This document shows positions 40,164 through 54,490 of a stretch of DNA of 64,000 bases, in pieces (within the stretch, counting starts at the first letter, position 1; each line of letters begins with the position of its first letter). Position numbers and translations under genes: made by a program. The notes beneath the pieces are model-generated. The model had not been told where the DNA came from and searched no databases. It worked only from the letters and a program-made list of their open reading frames with translations. The DNA comes from the human T2T-CHM13v2.0 reference genome, Homo sapiens: assembly GCF_009914755.1 (NCBI RefSeq), contig NC_060929.1; one strand, written 5' to 3'.

Positions 40164-41184
40164 ATTGGCCTATTGAATATTTGTAAGTGCTCTTCTTTGA
40201 CACTGTTGAAAATGTTCTCCTTAAAACATTTCATTATTTGGCTCCTTTGATAACACATACATCATTTTCTTTCTACCCTGTCTGTTCCTTTTCAACTTTG
40301 TTTTAAAATCTTACCCTTCTTTACTAGTCTTTACATTTTTAAAGTTTCTTCCACTAGCAGAGTTTATCTCTTTTACCTCCATACTGTCCTTGCAAGAGTC
40401 CCCAGTTATTCACAACCCTGCACTAGCTTCTGTTATCAACTACATGAATACATTCCAAATTTATATTCCCAATCCAGGACTCAACTCTGATACACAAAGT
40501 TACGCAATTTCCTATTGCCATATCTACATGCCATGCATGGTACCTCAAAATGTTTAAGAATGAATTCATGATCTTCACTTTCTAAAATGTGTTCTTTGTA
40601 TTTTTCCTGAGCTTCAAAAACAAATGAACAAACAAACACAACTGTCACACCAGCTGTTCATGCAGGAATACTTTTATTCCTTATCTTTTCCAAATTCAAG
40701 CTATCGCCAAAGGCTATTGGTTTTACCTCTTAAATATTTTAGAGATTCCCACAATTTTATGATCTTGACTTTTAGTCAAAGTACACCTATATTTTTCCCT
40801 AGATAATTACAACAGAGTTCTACTTGATCTTGTTTTGCCCACTCTAACCCCTTTCAAACACTCCCTTTTATAGATTGTATTTGCTTGATTTTTTAAAAAC
40901 AGAAATATGAACTCAACCTAACCTGTTTAATAACTTTTAGTTCTTCATAGATGAAGCACTAGAACTTAATTTTACATTATTAGAATAAAACCTGTAACAT
41001 GGGCTACAGAGCCCTCCATGGTATGACTCCTGCATCCTCACTAATCATGCCATAATTTTCCTTGCTGTGGCCAAGCTCACCTTACTTTATTTTCTTAAAT
41101 ATATATGGTCTCCCAACCACAGAGCCCTTACAGATTTGATTCCTTCTTTCTAGGAAACCATCCACCATAAATGTGCTTAATCTG

Positions 41185-41645
41185 AACTGTGAAGTCTCAT
41201 GTGGCACAAATGACTTCCCCAACATTGTGGTAAGAGGGTGACTTTAGCTTGGCTTCCACCTAACTAGCTTGTGCCACTAAAGACAACCCCAACCCCCATG
41301 CAGAGTCTTTGCTCAGGAAAGAGCAATGCTGCTGAACCACAAAATGTATTTTGTCTCAATCCATTTTCTGTAACTTTCCACTTACTCCCCTTCTGTAATT
41401 TTCTATTTCCTCCTCACTCTGCCCCATTTGCTTCCCCCATAGTTCCCTAGTTCTTTTTGTTCCCTCTTTTACTTTCCCACAGATCTTTTCTGTTTTCTCT
41501 CTGTTCTCCCTTTAAAAACCTAGTTACTTTTGTCTCAGTGGGAGTTGAGCTCAGTTTGTACTAGAATCTCTCCATCACTGCAGTACTCAAAATAAAACCT
41601 GTCTTTCTGTCTTTTACAAGTGTCCAGTGCTGTTTCACTCTGACA
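41185..41645 (+). mobile_element. ERV1 solo LTR (MER31/MER67-like)
   Basis: GAGTTGAGCTCAGTT, AATAAA and TACAAGTGTCCAGTG...TGACA terminus. Confidence 0.6.
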
Positions 41646-42342
41646 TTAATTAGCACCTACTAAACCTTTATATTTTGGATAAAATAACATATTCTCAGGG
41701 AATCCTGCCTTAACTGCCCCGACACCACCAACAACCGCGTAAGTCCAGCTACTTTGAAATCTGCTTTGTTAAAAGGCACTTTCAAAAAAGTTAAATTCAC
41801 AAACCTTATGCAGACATGAGATGAGCACATGTCAAAAAAGCAGAGACTTTTGTAGCTCGACTTTACTAAAATCAATTTGCAAATGGCTGGCTGCAAACTT
41901 GGCTTTTTCGTCAGGGTCGGGAGCTGGAGCAGAGGCATGGGGAGAAAAGAATAATTTCTCCACTGCACAGAATTTATTTGCATATCTATAGACCAGAATT
42001 ATAGTCTTTGCTATCAGTCATCTCCAATTTACGGAATCGTAAAATAGCTCAAAGGCAATGAAAGCCCAGAGCCCTCACAGAAACAGAATCAGACAACTAA
42101 GAATGTGCTTTAAACAATACATAGTTTCGAATTGGAGCACAAATTTTCCCTATAGCTTTTATATTCCAATTTTTAAAACTATTTTTTAGAATGAATATTT
42201 GATTATTGTGTGTGTTTAGTTCTTAGTCATCATTAATCTTTGCAAAAACAGGAAACAAATCTGCTTACCACTTCATCTCTAGCATCAGGTGAATGTAATG
42301 TCTTAAATATGGTAAGTGCTCAATAAATATCGTTTAAATTAA

Positions 42343-42791
42343 TGAGAAAGAAAAAAGACCACAATTTTTTATCTGAGGAATGTGAGCTGCTTTAAATTGT
42401 CAGGCCCAGAAAGGCATTTAAAATGTAACAGCAGTCATGTCTCACTCCCCTTTGAGCTAAATAATTACCTCTTGAAGGCACTTGCTATCCAGGCTCTCTA
42501 GACAAACTAGTATCAAGAAGCCATAAAATGCCGTACACCATAGAGTTCAGCAATGTATAGTCAATCACTAGCCAATGTTATTTTTGTAAACCAGCGGATA
42601 TTCCTGAAAAACAACTTTTGCTTTTGTAATCGCCCCTCCTGATTCTTTTTTTTTTTTTTTTACTTAAAAACTCTATCTTCTTCCTTTTTCTTTGGAACAT
42701 TCTCCAAGGCAACCAGGCTGCAGTCCTCAACCTTGGCCCAAATAAACTCTTTATATTAATTTTGCTTCAGCTTCTTCCTTTTAGGTTGACA
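42343..42791 (+). mobile_element. ERV1 solo LTR (LTR54-like, MER4 group)
   Basis: TGAGAAAG...ATCTGAGGAATG start; GTCCTCAACCTTGGCCCAAATAAACTCT...TTTTAGGTTGACA end. Confidence 0.75.
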
Positions 42792-42886
42792 TGAACAATA
42801 ACCTTAATCACAGCTGATGTTAGTGAATATCACTGTATCACTTGTGGCTATATAATTTTATAGAATCTATACAAGCAGAAAATTAA

Positions 42887-43231
<345 letters not shown>

Positions 43232-43859
43232 TAAACATCTCAATTTATGTTACTACTGTGACAACTCTGAAAATCCAATTCAGAGTTACAATTTATCAAA
43301 AGAAATTAAACTTTTCATGCACTTGTCAGTGAAAGTATTAATAATAAAACACTTTATTCCAAAATGAATCCTAAAAACAAAGCTTCTATAAACTTTTAAT
43401 AACCAAAAAAGTGACACATCAGAAATCTTAAAAAAAACTCTTTGAAGAAATAATTAAATCAAGCTAATTAAATTATGGAAAGTTATAAGAATGCAGGTAC
43501 CTCATAAGATGTTAGTCTGATCATTGTTTTCTGACTTTCCTCAAAAATTCCCTAAAATGTATTCTTTTTCAACCACTGAATAGAGACATAGTGCAAGTTA
43601 TTTTGTTTGCTACATAACAGTTATGTGTGTGTGTTTGTGTGTGTGTGTGTGTGCATGAGTGTGCAGACAAAGCAAGTGAGAAAAGTTTTAAACTTCAGAT
43701 TGGGATCAATGTAGTGTGATTTATGAATATCATAGTTGGAATTGGTGGCAATTTATACTGGAACAATTCCTGCATAAAATACCACTTTTGAATTTATTGG
43801 TTTAGAACAATCACTATTAGTAATTTTCAATCATTTGTGGAATGGTTGTGTGGTTGTGT

Positions 43860-44270
43860 TCACGTGAGTCGAGTGTGGCTGGACCCAGCAGGGCTTGCTA
43901 TGGCTTCTGGGTGGTGACCTTGCTGGAAACTGGCTGTTCCTGCTTATTCTTAGCTGATGACTCAGCTCTTCTCCTGTCTCTAACATCTCTCATCTGGCCT
44001 GTCTGGGCTTGCTCTCAAGGTGAAGGCAGAGGAGTAAAATAGAGGATGGAAGCATGCAAAGACTCTTGAGACCTAGGCTCAGAACCAGAACTGACACAGA
44101 GTAACTTCTACAACACAGAGTAACTTCCAGAGGGCTAAGCAAATCACAGGGACAGTTCAAATTCAAGAAACTGAGAAATAAACTCCCTTTTCATGGGAGA
44201 AAGAACAAAGTTATAGTCAAGTTATATTTTAAAGGGCATGAAAAAAGTAGGACCATTTTCAATCTACCAA
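43860..44270 (-). mobile_element. MLT1G/H-type LTR fragment
   Basis: GAAGCATGCAAAGACTCTTGAGACCTAGGCTCAGAAC and GCTAAGCAAATCACAGGG. Confidence 0.65.
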
Positions 44271-45101
44271 TATAATCAGGATGAGGAATCGAAACTTTTG
44301 TTATCATTACCTTAACTCATACAGAAAGTAGTGTCTTTGATTGGGCTTTGTGTTGCCGGTTCTGGAAACCCCAGCTCTTCATTCATAGACAGAAAACTGG
44401 CAGCACCAAATCACCCATGGTGGGAATATTTATACCAAAGAAACAATCAAATGCTTTTTGATTTTTTAGATAGCTATTTGTTGAATATTTATCAACATAT
44501 AATTGGGTTCATTCATATACCAAACCCTAAAACATATAATATAGCGTATGGGAGATTGGAGATAAGAGACAGAAAAATGAAATTGGAGTTTGAAAAACTG
44601 GAGATTCATGTTAGAAACTTTAAAATACAAAAAAAAAAACTGGTAAAACTAAAGCCTCTAGATAGCGGTGATTTTTAAAAAAATGGAAATAATAGTGTCT
44701 AGTATTATTGGGTATTACAAGGTGAGCACATACAAGAATTGGCTAGTTTTTGAGAAAAAAAAAGGAAGAAAATAGATTTCAGAAATGGAAGGCCTTATGA
44801 GACTGAAATCATTGCCTGTCTTTTCCCATGAAAGGATATGAGATAGGACTGAAAAATTATCTGAGGGGCAAGATCCAGTAAAATTTTTTATTTGGATGAA
44901 GCGAAAAGCTTTGCAGTTCCCAGTTGTCCGAAGAGTCAGGTCCAAGCACTTTGTCAGAACATGCAACACTCTCGATGCTCTATTTCCTTCTTTCTTTTCT
45001 AGTATTATCTTTTCCCCTTACTTTAACTTCAGTTGTCCCAAACTGCTTTGTTTGAGTAATCTTTCTCATTTCCAAGACTTTTTAAAATAATTATTTTAGG
45101 C

Positions 45102-45485
45102 ATCACAGTGACTACAGTTAATAACAATATATTGTGTACTTGAAAATTGCTAAGAGAGTAGATTTTAAGTTGTCTTACCAAAAATAAATAAATATGTTCG
45201 GCAATATATATGCTAATTAGCTGGATTTACTCATTCTACAATGTACAAATAGAACAAAGCACCATGTTGTACACCATCAATATATGCAATTTTATTTTTC
45301 AATTAAAAATCAAATAAATTGTATGTATTCAAGGTGGACAACGTGATGATTTAAAAAGTGTATGTGGTATACTGATTACCTCAGTCAAGTTAACACATCC
45401 ATCACTACCCATAGTGACCGTTTTTTGTGTGTGTGCGGTGAGAACACTTAAAATCTGCTCTCTTGCCAAATTTCAAGTAAACTAT
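45102..45485. mobile_element. Two L1MA-type 3' ends, tail-to-tail (+ 45102-45316; - 45317-45485)
   Basis: TACTTGAAAATTGCTAAGAGAGTAGATTTTAAG on + and its near reverse complement CTTAAAATCTGCTCTCTTGCCAAATTTCAAGTA. Confidence 0.8.
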
Positions 45486-45852
45486 TGGACCAATATTATT
45501 TATCTTTGTAATATCAATATGTCAATCCCTAAGCTACTAATATGTAGTCATCTCTGAGGACTAAACTGTTTTCTTCTCCAAAAATCATTTTCTGATCATT
45601 TTTGTGTGGTATAGATTGAGCCACAAATTATATTGGATTATAACATTGTATTATATTAAACAGTTATTTTAAATATTTTTGCCACTGGTTTCAGAGTTTC
45701 ATAAAAGCTAGATCTCTGCCAAATTTATCGTTATACTTGGTGCAGATTATATATTAAATATTCAGGGACAATCTGCTAAATGAAATAATTAAAGATAATT
45801 TAAGATAATTAAAGATAATGGATATGAAAGTGTTTTCAAATATGTTGTTATT

Positions 45853-46198
<346 letters not shown>

Positions 46199-48307
46199 TT
46201 AAGAAAATAAACTACCAGTACTGGTTTTATTATGCTATTATTTTATAATGAAAGGATAAAAGAGAAGTGCCAATAATTTTGTTTTTTATAAAAAATTTAT
46301 TGCAAATTCAAGTTTCAGAAATATTCAAATCTAAAGAAGTTTGTTTTAGAATCAAGGTATTATTACTATCATGAGGTTTGTCCAAAAAAAAAAAAAGAAG
46401 AAAAGAAGAAGAAAAAATGAGCTTTATTCAATCAATATGGAATCTTGTTTTATGTTATATTTCCAAATAAAAGAAAAGCAATTTGTATTAGAAAATATAA
46501 GTACTTACAGCAACATTCATATGAAATATTTTGTGAGAACTCTGAGATAGAAGTATGCTATATTTGCAATAATGTATACGTAGCCATATATATGAATATA
46601 TGTGTGTATATATGTATTACATATATTCAATTGATGTTAAGTAAATATTCCTATTAAACACTTTTTTAACAATAAACAGTTTGAATATATCAAATTTTAA
46701 AATAATATGTAATGCTTTGCTTAAATTCTAATAAACAGCTTTGAGTTTTTAGAGTGTACATTAACAAGTTATAATACATATATTTTTCCAAATGAATACA
46801 TTTTTTTCTACTTATTTGTCATAATTGAGGTGCTGTTTCAACCCATAAGAGAAAAGTACTGAAAAAATGCAAGTTCCCTGTGAGTCTTAGCAATTGTGTT
46901 TTTCCACTGAATCCTCCACAGCAGATAACAAATCCATTGCAAATCTTGTTCCATAAAGTTAAGCAATGTTTGCTATGATTTTCATATAAAATCTTTGCAT
47001 TTCCCAGCTGCTACTTTTCCCTTTAATTGTATAGTTTGCTTCACAATGAGTATTTGCTTCATTTCCTACATACTGTCAATTCTAAAAGCAATGCTCTGGG
47101 GTATCAAGCATAGTGCAAATCCCATTAGTGTTCAGGGACTCATTTGCCACACAATGTTCAAGTTGAAGGAGAAAGAAAAGCATAATTGCATAAGATGGTG
47201 GTATTCACAAAGTATCTATATTTGATGTTCTCTTTCCAAATATCTCGGAGGAAATTACCATTCGACGTATTTTGAGAAAATTAAACAACTGCCAAGAAAC
47301 ACACAAAAGCGACGGAAAAGAGAAAAATGGCTAATGTGGAAACATTTTTTACAAAGGAATCAGAATACAAAGATTTTTATTTTTCAGAATTTTAGAATTT
47401 ATTTTTGAGAATTATTTTTATTTTGGGGCATCAAATTTGTGTGTGTGTTTTAATTTTAGTAATTGAGCATACACATCGTTTTCTGGTATCTAGTGTATGT
47501 AATTCTAATATACAAATATACACCAAGACACACAAACATCACCCAGAAAAACAAGCATACAGACACACATAGATACATACACAGGCACAGAAAACACACA
47601 CGGATACAAGCATATTCTATACAACACAGTGAAATGATGCTCTGAAAAAATGTAAAAATGTGAATCATGCTCCTGAAAGTAACTGTGAATGTTACAAATA
47701 ATATAAAATCCATTAAGTATATGCAAGAAGCACTGGAAAACTCTTATTCCGTTAATACAGTACTTATACATTCATGCATTTTATATTTTGCAGAATTGAT
47801 TATAGTTTTATGATGCTAATTTCCTCCTTCTTCATTTCTTTAAGAATCTAAGACTAAAACATGAACAATCAGTATCTTCATCAGTAAGTGTAAAAGTAAC
47901 ACTGTTAAATTTATTATAGGCATAAATTTTGGACATGGTGTTTGTAAGACAGAGGTTTTTAAAACTTTGAGGAGACAGGTCACACTGGCCAGATTAAAAT
48001 ATTCGTGGCATTATGATTACATAACATTATGTAATGTATAGGATAATGTTTTTAATCCATAGTATATAGGATTATGTTTTTTAGGAAAATTGGCATACAT
48101 GTAAGATAACCCGCCAGCACAGAGTGAAGAGGTTTATTCAGGGATAGGCTACTATGTCAGATTCCATATGATGCAATATCTACCATACTGCATGAAATAA
48201 AAGTTGTCTATTTTCATTGGAATAAAGCAATACATTATCAAATAAAGAATAATTCTTTATTAAATCTTATTTCAGGGTTTGAAAACACCTAATACAAATC
48301 ATTATTA

Positions 48308-48600
<293 letters not shown>

Positions 48601-49127
48601 TCATTTAGCAAAGGATGAAACTTTGCGGAAATGAACATAATACAGGTATGCAGAAGAGGTAACGAAGTCCTTATAGAGAAGGTCATTGATGATAAAATAA
48701 AGCTTGTGTATGCATAGTTAAGATAAACTACAAATGAAAATAGAAAACTTAAAACAGCAGGGCAGCTACTGCAGATGATCAATGTTGCATGGAGCATAAT
48801 TTTGTTCTGGTCTATTTTTTCAAATAGATTAATGAAACAAGACTATAATAAAACTACAAAGTTCGTAGTCTTTATTGATGCTTTTGAAGATATTTTCCCA
48901 TATAGGCTTGAACAATCAAGTAAAGAGTAAACAAATACAGATTATTGAGAGCAACATCTTAATGTTTAATGCATAAGGCATTAAAACATATACACATTAT
49001 ATATTCTTCAGAACTCATTTTAAGTTTTTATTGTAATAAACTGGAATAATTTTTTATTCTATCACATATGGATTTAAAAAAATCTCTATATGAAACATGG
49101 AATGAAGTATATTAATTTAAAATAGGC

Positions 49128-49181
49128 TGGTATGCTTTGGCTGTGTCCTCACCCAAATCTCATCTTGAATTGTAGTTCCCA
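49128..49181 (+). mobile_element. THE1 LTR 5' fragment (54 bp)
   Basis: TTTGGCTGTGTCCTCACCCAAATCTCATCTTGAATTGTAGTTCCCA. Confidence 0.8.
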
Positions 49182-51294
49182 AAACTGGGAAACAAAGTGA
49201 CTGACAAGGATCGCCCTTTAATTAAAGTATAAATTCCATTAATACATTTGATAGCAATCAGTAAAACAGAAGAGCATTCTTTCTTGATATAATCACCCCA
49301 CTTTTATGCAATTATATTGCGTTTATCTTGCTTGTTTATATGCTGTTAGAATAGTGCAGGATGGTTTTTGGCTGAATTCTAATAAGGGTAATTTTTTTGT
49401 TTTTAATTTGTCTTTTTTGTCTTTTTAAGACCTCTAAATCAGAATCTGGCCTACAATGTACTGATCTAGGAATAACAGTTTCATCGTAAGAGGAACTGTC
49501 AGAGTAGGTATTAAAGCATGTACCTATAGTTACCTCTGGTAGCACATAACCAAATTAAATGAGGCCTATTGTAATATTCAAGTCAGCACACTGTAATTTA
49601 AAACAGAAAGTAAACAATAAATGTCTATTATCCAGATGAAACTAGAGAAGAAGAATCATTACTCTTGGTTGATAGTTTTGACTATTTTTAATTTAATGAG
49701 ATGTAAAATATGAACCTATCTTTAAGAATATGTGAGATAACAGATTTGCATAAGAAGTCTTGACAATTAAGAAAGTTACATGCACTCCTGATCGTTTTTT
49801 AATTCAAACTACATAAAGATATATTGTAATTAAAAATACAGGATAATATATTTTATATTATAGCTACTGCAATTAAAAAAAACAAAGTCAATCTAGAGGT
49901 TGCCTTTTCTTAATGAACTTGCACATTAAGTTCTAATTAATGGTATGCAATAGACAAGCTTTAAGTTAACATTTGAATGTTCTCTGTGCAGTAATACATC
50001 TAAAAGGAAGTTTAAGGGGTTTTTTTTGGTGGCTTTATTAACAGAAACCAAGTCCCATTCTTTCCCTTTATAGGATTAGAAATAGCAGTACCCATGGTTA
50101 GATTCCATTTCAAATTTCTATTCCAGCCATTCAATTTAATTTAAATTGAAAGCGATGATTAGGACAATAAAATTAGCAACTTCGTGGCTCAGTTGTCTTT
50201 GGCTATCTCCTCAGCCAAGAAAATTAGATTGACTTAATGTGAAGATAAAATCATCAACACAAAATTAAACCTGGAATGTCAATCCACTGCCTCATATATG
50301 GTCTATATTAGTGTTTTCATTTACCAGTTTCTTCTATTTCTAGTTTTTAATTTATTCAAATAATAATCTTCAAATACATTTTATTTTAAAGGTGAAATCT
50401 AATGCCACATAATATTTAACTTTGCTAAAATTTTTCAGAATGCATTGAATTTTCAGTAATATCCCAATTGTTTGAAGTTTTTAAAATTCATAATAGTGCA
50501 GGTAATTTAGTTTATGTATAATTTTCGTACTATATGAAGCACAAAGTGATTTACACATAAGAGAGAAATTTAACAGAAGAACAGGGACCTAGGAGTTTCA
50601 GTTCCTCTGGTCCATTTTTGGAGCCATCCTTCTTTTCTATTCCACGCAGAATAGCATCGTTGCTCCTATAATTTGATGGGCTTTAAGAAAACATTGCCTG
50701 AAGATCTAGAGATATCTTCTTCCACTAGTTTTACCAACATTGAAAAATGGTATTTTGTTTTCCTTGGACCATCTTGTCTTATTTCTTCATTAGTTCCAAA
50801 GTTGGGAGGAGAAGAAAAAGATATTTATCATTGGAATCAAACACCAATATTTTATTTTACCTTGGTGGAATTTAGGAGTATTTATTCTGCAATTCTATGC
50901 TCAATATCAAGAGAATTCTTGGGAAAAAAATAGATGTTTATCTCATTTTTTACTTGAAAACTTAGAAGCTAAAATAAAATTATTTTGGTTAACTTATACT
51001 TCTTTCCAAAAAAGGAATAAGATCCTCAATAAAATGCCAAATGAACTTGGAAAAAAATCATCTTTTTCCTCATTTCCTGTCAAAAAAAATTAAACTTCAA
51101 GAGAAAAGGAATGCAGTAGAACCAACCGTTCACTCAATACTGAACAGGAATTAATAGTCCAATCTGGTTAATTACTTCTATTTTCAACTTTAAAGATACA
51201 ATATGAACACAAATCTTTAAATAATTTAAGGAAAATATTAACTCAGTTACTTATTTTGGAAAAATATATCTGTGAAATCTCTGAAAACTTGCAT

Positions 51295-53060
51295 TTGTTT
51301 TCTATTACTATGTATCCATATTGCCACAAACTTAGTATCTTAAAGATTATGTTTATTATCTCACACTTTTCCTGGTTTTTGAGTCTGGTCAAGCTTTGGT
51401 CTCTCACAAGTTAGGGTCTTGGAAGGCTACAAAACAAATGTTATTTGAGAAATCTCAAATCAGTGTGGAGATTTCTGATGGTTGTGGTTATGTGGTCTTA
51501 TTTCTGGGTTCTCTATTCTGTTCCATTGGTCTTTGTGCCTGTTTTTATACCAATAGCTTGTTTTTGTTTGTTTGTTTGGTTGGTTGGTTGGTTGGTTACT
51601 GTAGCCGTGTAGTATACTTGGAAGTCAGGTACTGTGATGCCTCCAGCTTTGAATGTTTGCTTGGGATCGTTTTAGCTATGTGAACTTTAGTTTTGGTTCT
51701 ATATCAATTTGAGGATTTTTTTTCTAATTCTGTGCAAAACGACACTGATAGGAATTGCATAGAATTTTTAGATTGCTTTGGCCAGTATGACAATTTTTAT
51801 TATATTGATTCTTCTGATCTATGAACATGAGATGTTTTTTTCCATTCATTATGTCATCTACAATTTCTTTCATCTGTGTTTTAAAGTTTTTACTTGCAGA
51901 AACCTTTTACCTCCTTGGTTAAATATAGCCATAGGTATTTTTGTAGCTATTGTAAATTAGATTTACTTTTTGATTTGGTTCTCAGATTGATCACTATTAA
52001 TGCATAAAAAAGCTACTAATTTTTGTACATTGATTTTGTATATTAAAACTTTACTGGATAGTTCTCAAAGAACTAAAAATAGAACTACCATTCGATCCAG
52101 CCATTCTACTTTTGCGAATTTACTCAAAGGAAACAAAATCATATGTCAAAAAGATATCTGTACTCATATGTTTATCACAGCACTATTCACAATAGCAAAT
52201 ATATCTATCAATGGATGATTGAATAAAGATATACATACATATATATATTCATATATTTAATGGGATGATACTACTCAGCCATAAAAAAGAATAAAATCAT
52301 GTATTTTACAGCAATGTAGATGGAACCAGAGGGCTGTTACGTTAAGTGACATGACTCAGAAAGTCAAATACCACATGTTCTCTCCTGTAAGTGGAAGCTA
52401 AATAATGTGTATGCATAGACATAGAATGTGGAATGATAGACATTGGAGGCTTGAAAGGGTGGGAAGCATGTGAGGGTTGAGAAATTACTTAATGGGTAAA
52501 ATGTACACTATTCAACCCAGATTTCATCACTACTCAATATATCCATGTAACAACATGGCATTTGTACCCCTTAAATTTATATAAATAAAAAAAACTGAGG
52601 AGGAAAAGAAGTCTATAAAAATGTTGGCCTGGGCTGAGTTCTCAACTGGAAGCTTAACTGGGGAAGGATCTGTTTCCTCACTCACATCATTGCTGGTAGC
52701 ACTCGGTTTCTTTTAGTCATAGGGCTGGGAGATTTTGTTCTTTGCTGGCTGTCAGATAGAGGCTAGTCTTAGCTACTAGAGGCAACCTGAGTTTGTTGCC
52801 ATTTGAGGTTTTCCAGGACAGTGGCTTGCTTCCTCACAATCACCAACCATGATGATCTGTTCATCATTATACAAGTGTTACAATCTTATGTTACATCATC
52901 ATAAATGCATAATGACATATGTTGTTTCAACTTTCAGATATATTATCTTTCAACACAAGTCACAGTTCCTGTCCATACTCAATCATGATGGATTATATCA
53001 TGGTATAAATACCAAGGTGTGAATATCAGGAAGTTGGAATCACGGAAGACATAGTAGCTA
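51295..53060 (-). mobile_element. MLT1E/F-type LTR split by an L1
   Basis: CCACAAACTTAG... at ~51295-51440; resumes TGTTGGCCTGGGCTGAGTTCTCAACTGGAAGC at ~52620. Confidence 0.65.
51476..52594. mobile_element. 5'-inverted L1 (L1MA/L1PB-type): ORF2 piece on - (51476-~52058), 3' end on + (~52059-52594)
   Basis: The strand switches at ...ACTTTACTGG|ATAGTTCTCAAAGAACTAAAAATAGAACTACCATTCGATCCAG. Ends AATAAAAAAA. Confidence 0.87.
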
Positions 53061-53660
53061 CAAAGCTGATTTTTCTTACTTTTACAAAAATTCTTCATTT
53101 GCTTTGAATCGTGATTTTATAATATGTAAATCCACTCAATGTGGAAAGTTTACTATTAAGTTTCTTAAGTTGATACAATAAATATAACCATTTAATATTT
53201 AACATCCTCCCCCATACAATTATCCCTATTTATCTATTTTTCTGTCTTCGATTACTTTACAACCCTCATGTTCTACTTTTATCTATTTAGACCCCAAACA
53301 AGCTTTCATGTATTTAATTTTTTAAACTGTGGTACTGATGTCAAAGGCTATTCAGTTAAATTATCTCCTCCCAACCACTCCTTCCATCATTCTATTACTT
53401 CCCATTAACACCCTTATAAGATCGAAAGACTGATAATCTTTGCATGTTCAAACTGGGTTCAGGATTCTGTTTATGGGCAGAGGAATGAGACAGCCACCAA
53501 AAGGTGAAGGGGAAGAAATGAACCACACTCAAGGAGAAAGGGCGGTGTACTTTTCTGGAGCTATATTTTGCTCAAGGCTATATAGTATCCACCTAAATAT
53601 TTCTTTCAAGTTGTGGAAAAAAATGTCTGCATGAATTGATTATGATTTATTCTTTCTTAA

Positions 53661-53894
53661 CCCATTTACTATTTGCCCCGAGAACACTCTTGTCTCTAAT
53701 CCTAATGTAAAATATTATACATTTCTATTGCATTAGGATTAAAGTTCTGTTTAGAAATAACTCCAAGAACAGTTTTTATGTTTTATTTTCACATTGATAA
53801 TCAGTCAGATTTGCTTCAGCCTCAAAGAGCATGTTTATGTAAAATTAAATGAGCAATGGCAATGAGCTGCATTTTTTTTATAAATGGGAATGGG
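53661..53894. mobile_element. MER75-type piggyBac MITE
   Basis: TTAA TSDs at 53657-53660 and 53895-53898, CCCATTT...AATGGG termini, and an internal TAATCCTAATG/CATTAGGATTA inverted repeat. Confidence 0.9.
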
Positions 53895-54111
53895 TTAAAG
53901 ATGTCAGTAGGCAATATTTTATACATATGAAATAATATATGTGAAATATATGTAAGTAATAAAGGAACACTTTTTAAGAAACCTAGAGGTCATATAGGAA
54001 TCTCCCATTTCAACTCCTGCTTTGAATCATTGATCAAGCCTGGCCTTTTTCAACTCATTGTTGATCTCAAGTAACATCACCTCTACCTTAATGAAAACTA
54101 CTGTAGTCTCT

Positions 54112-54490
54112 TGTTTTAGTCTATTCAGGCTGCTATAATAAAATAACGTAAACTGGGTAGCATCTAAACAACAGAAATTTATTTCTCACAGTTCTAGAGG
54201 CTGAGAAGTGCAACTGAAGGTCCCAGCAGATTTGGTGGCTGGTGAGGGCCCCACTTCCTGACTCACAGATGCTGTCCTCTCATTGTAACCTTACATGGCA
54301 GAAAGGTGAGGATCTCTCTAGAGTCTCTTTTATGAGGCCTCCAAATGTCATTCTTGAGGACTCTGCTTGTATGACCTAATAACCTCTCAAAAGTTTCACC
54401 TCTCAATACCAACACCTTAGGTTAGGATTCCACCATATGAATTTGGAGTGGTGGGGTGCACAGGGGGACACAAGTATTCAGACCATACCA
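54112..54490 (-). mobile_element. MLT1A/MSTD-type solo LTR
   Basis: TTAGTCTATTCAGGCTGCTATAA...ATTCAGACCATACCA. Confidence 0.85.

Larger units (their letters stand above)
38870..42342 (+). mobile_element. Long decayed L2, interrupted by several later insertions
   Basis: L2-like stretches ending in the tail GGTAAGTGCTCAATAAATATCGTTTAAATTAA. Confidence 0.55.

Noticed and set aside
47456-47771. ORFs over a degenerate CA-rich stretch
   Set aside because: Low-complexity decayed (CA)n sequence.
50131-50151. Small AT-rich hairpins (also ~22645-22665, ~48017-48036, 21582-21595)
   Set aside because: Isolated 7-10-bp stems are expected by chance in sequence this AT-rich.
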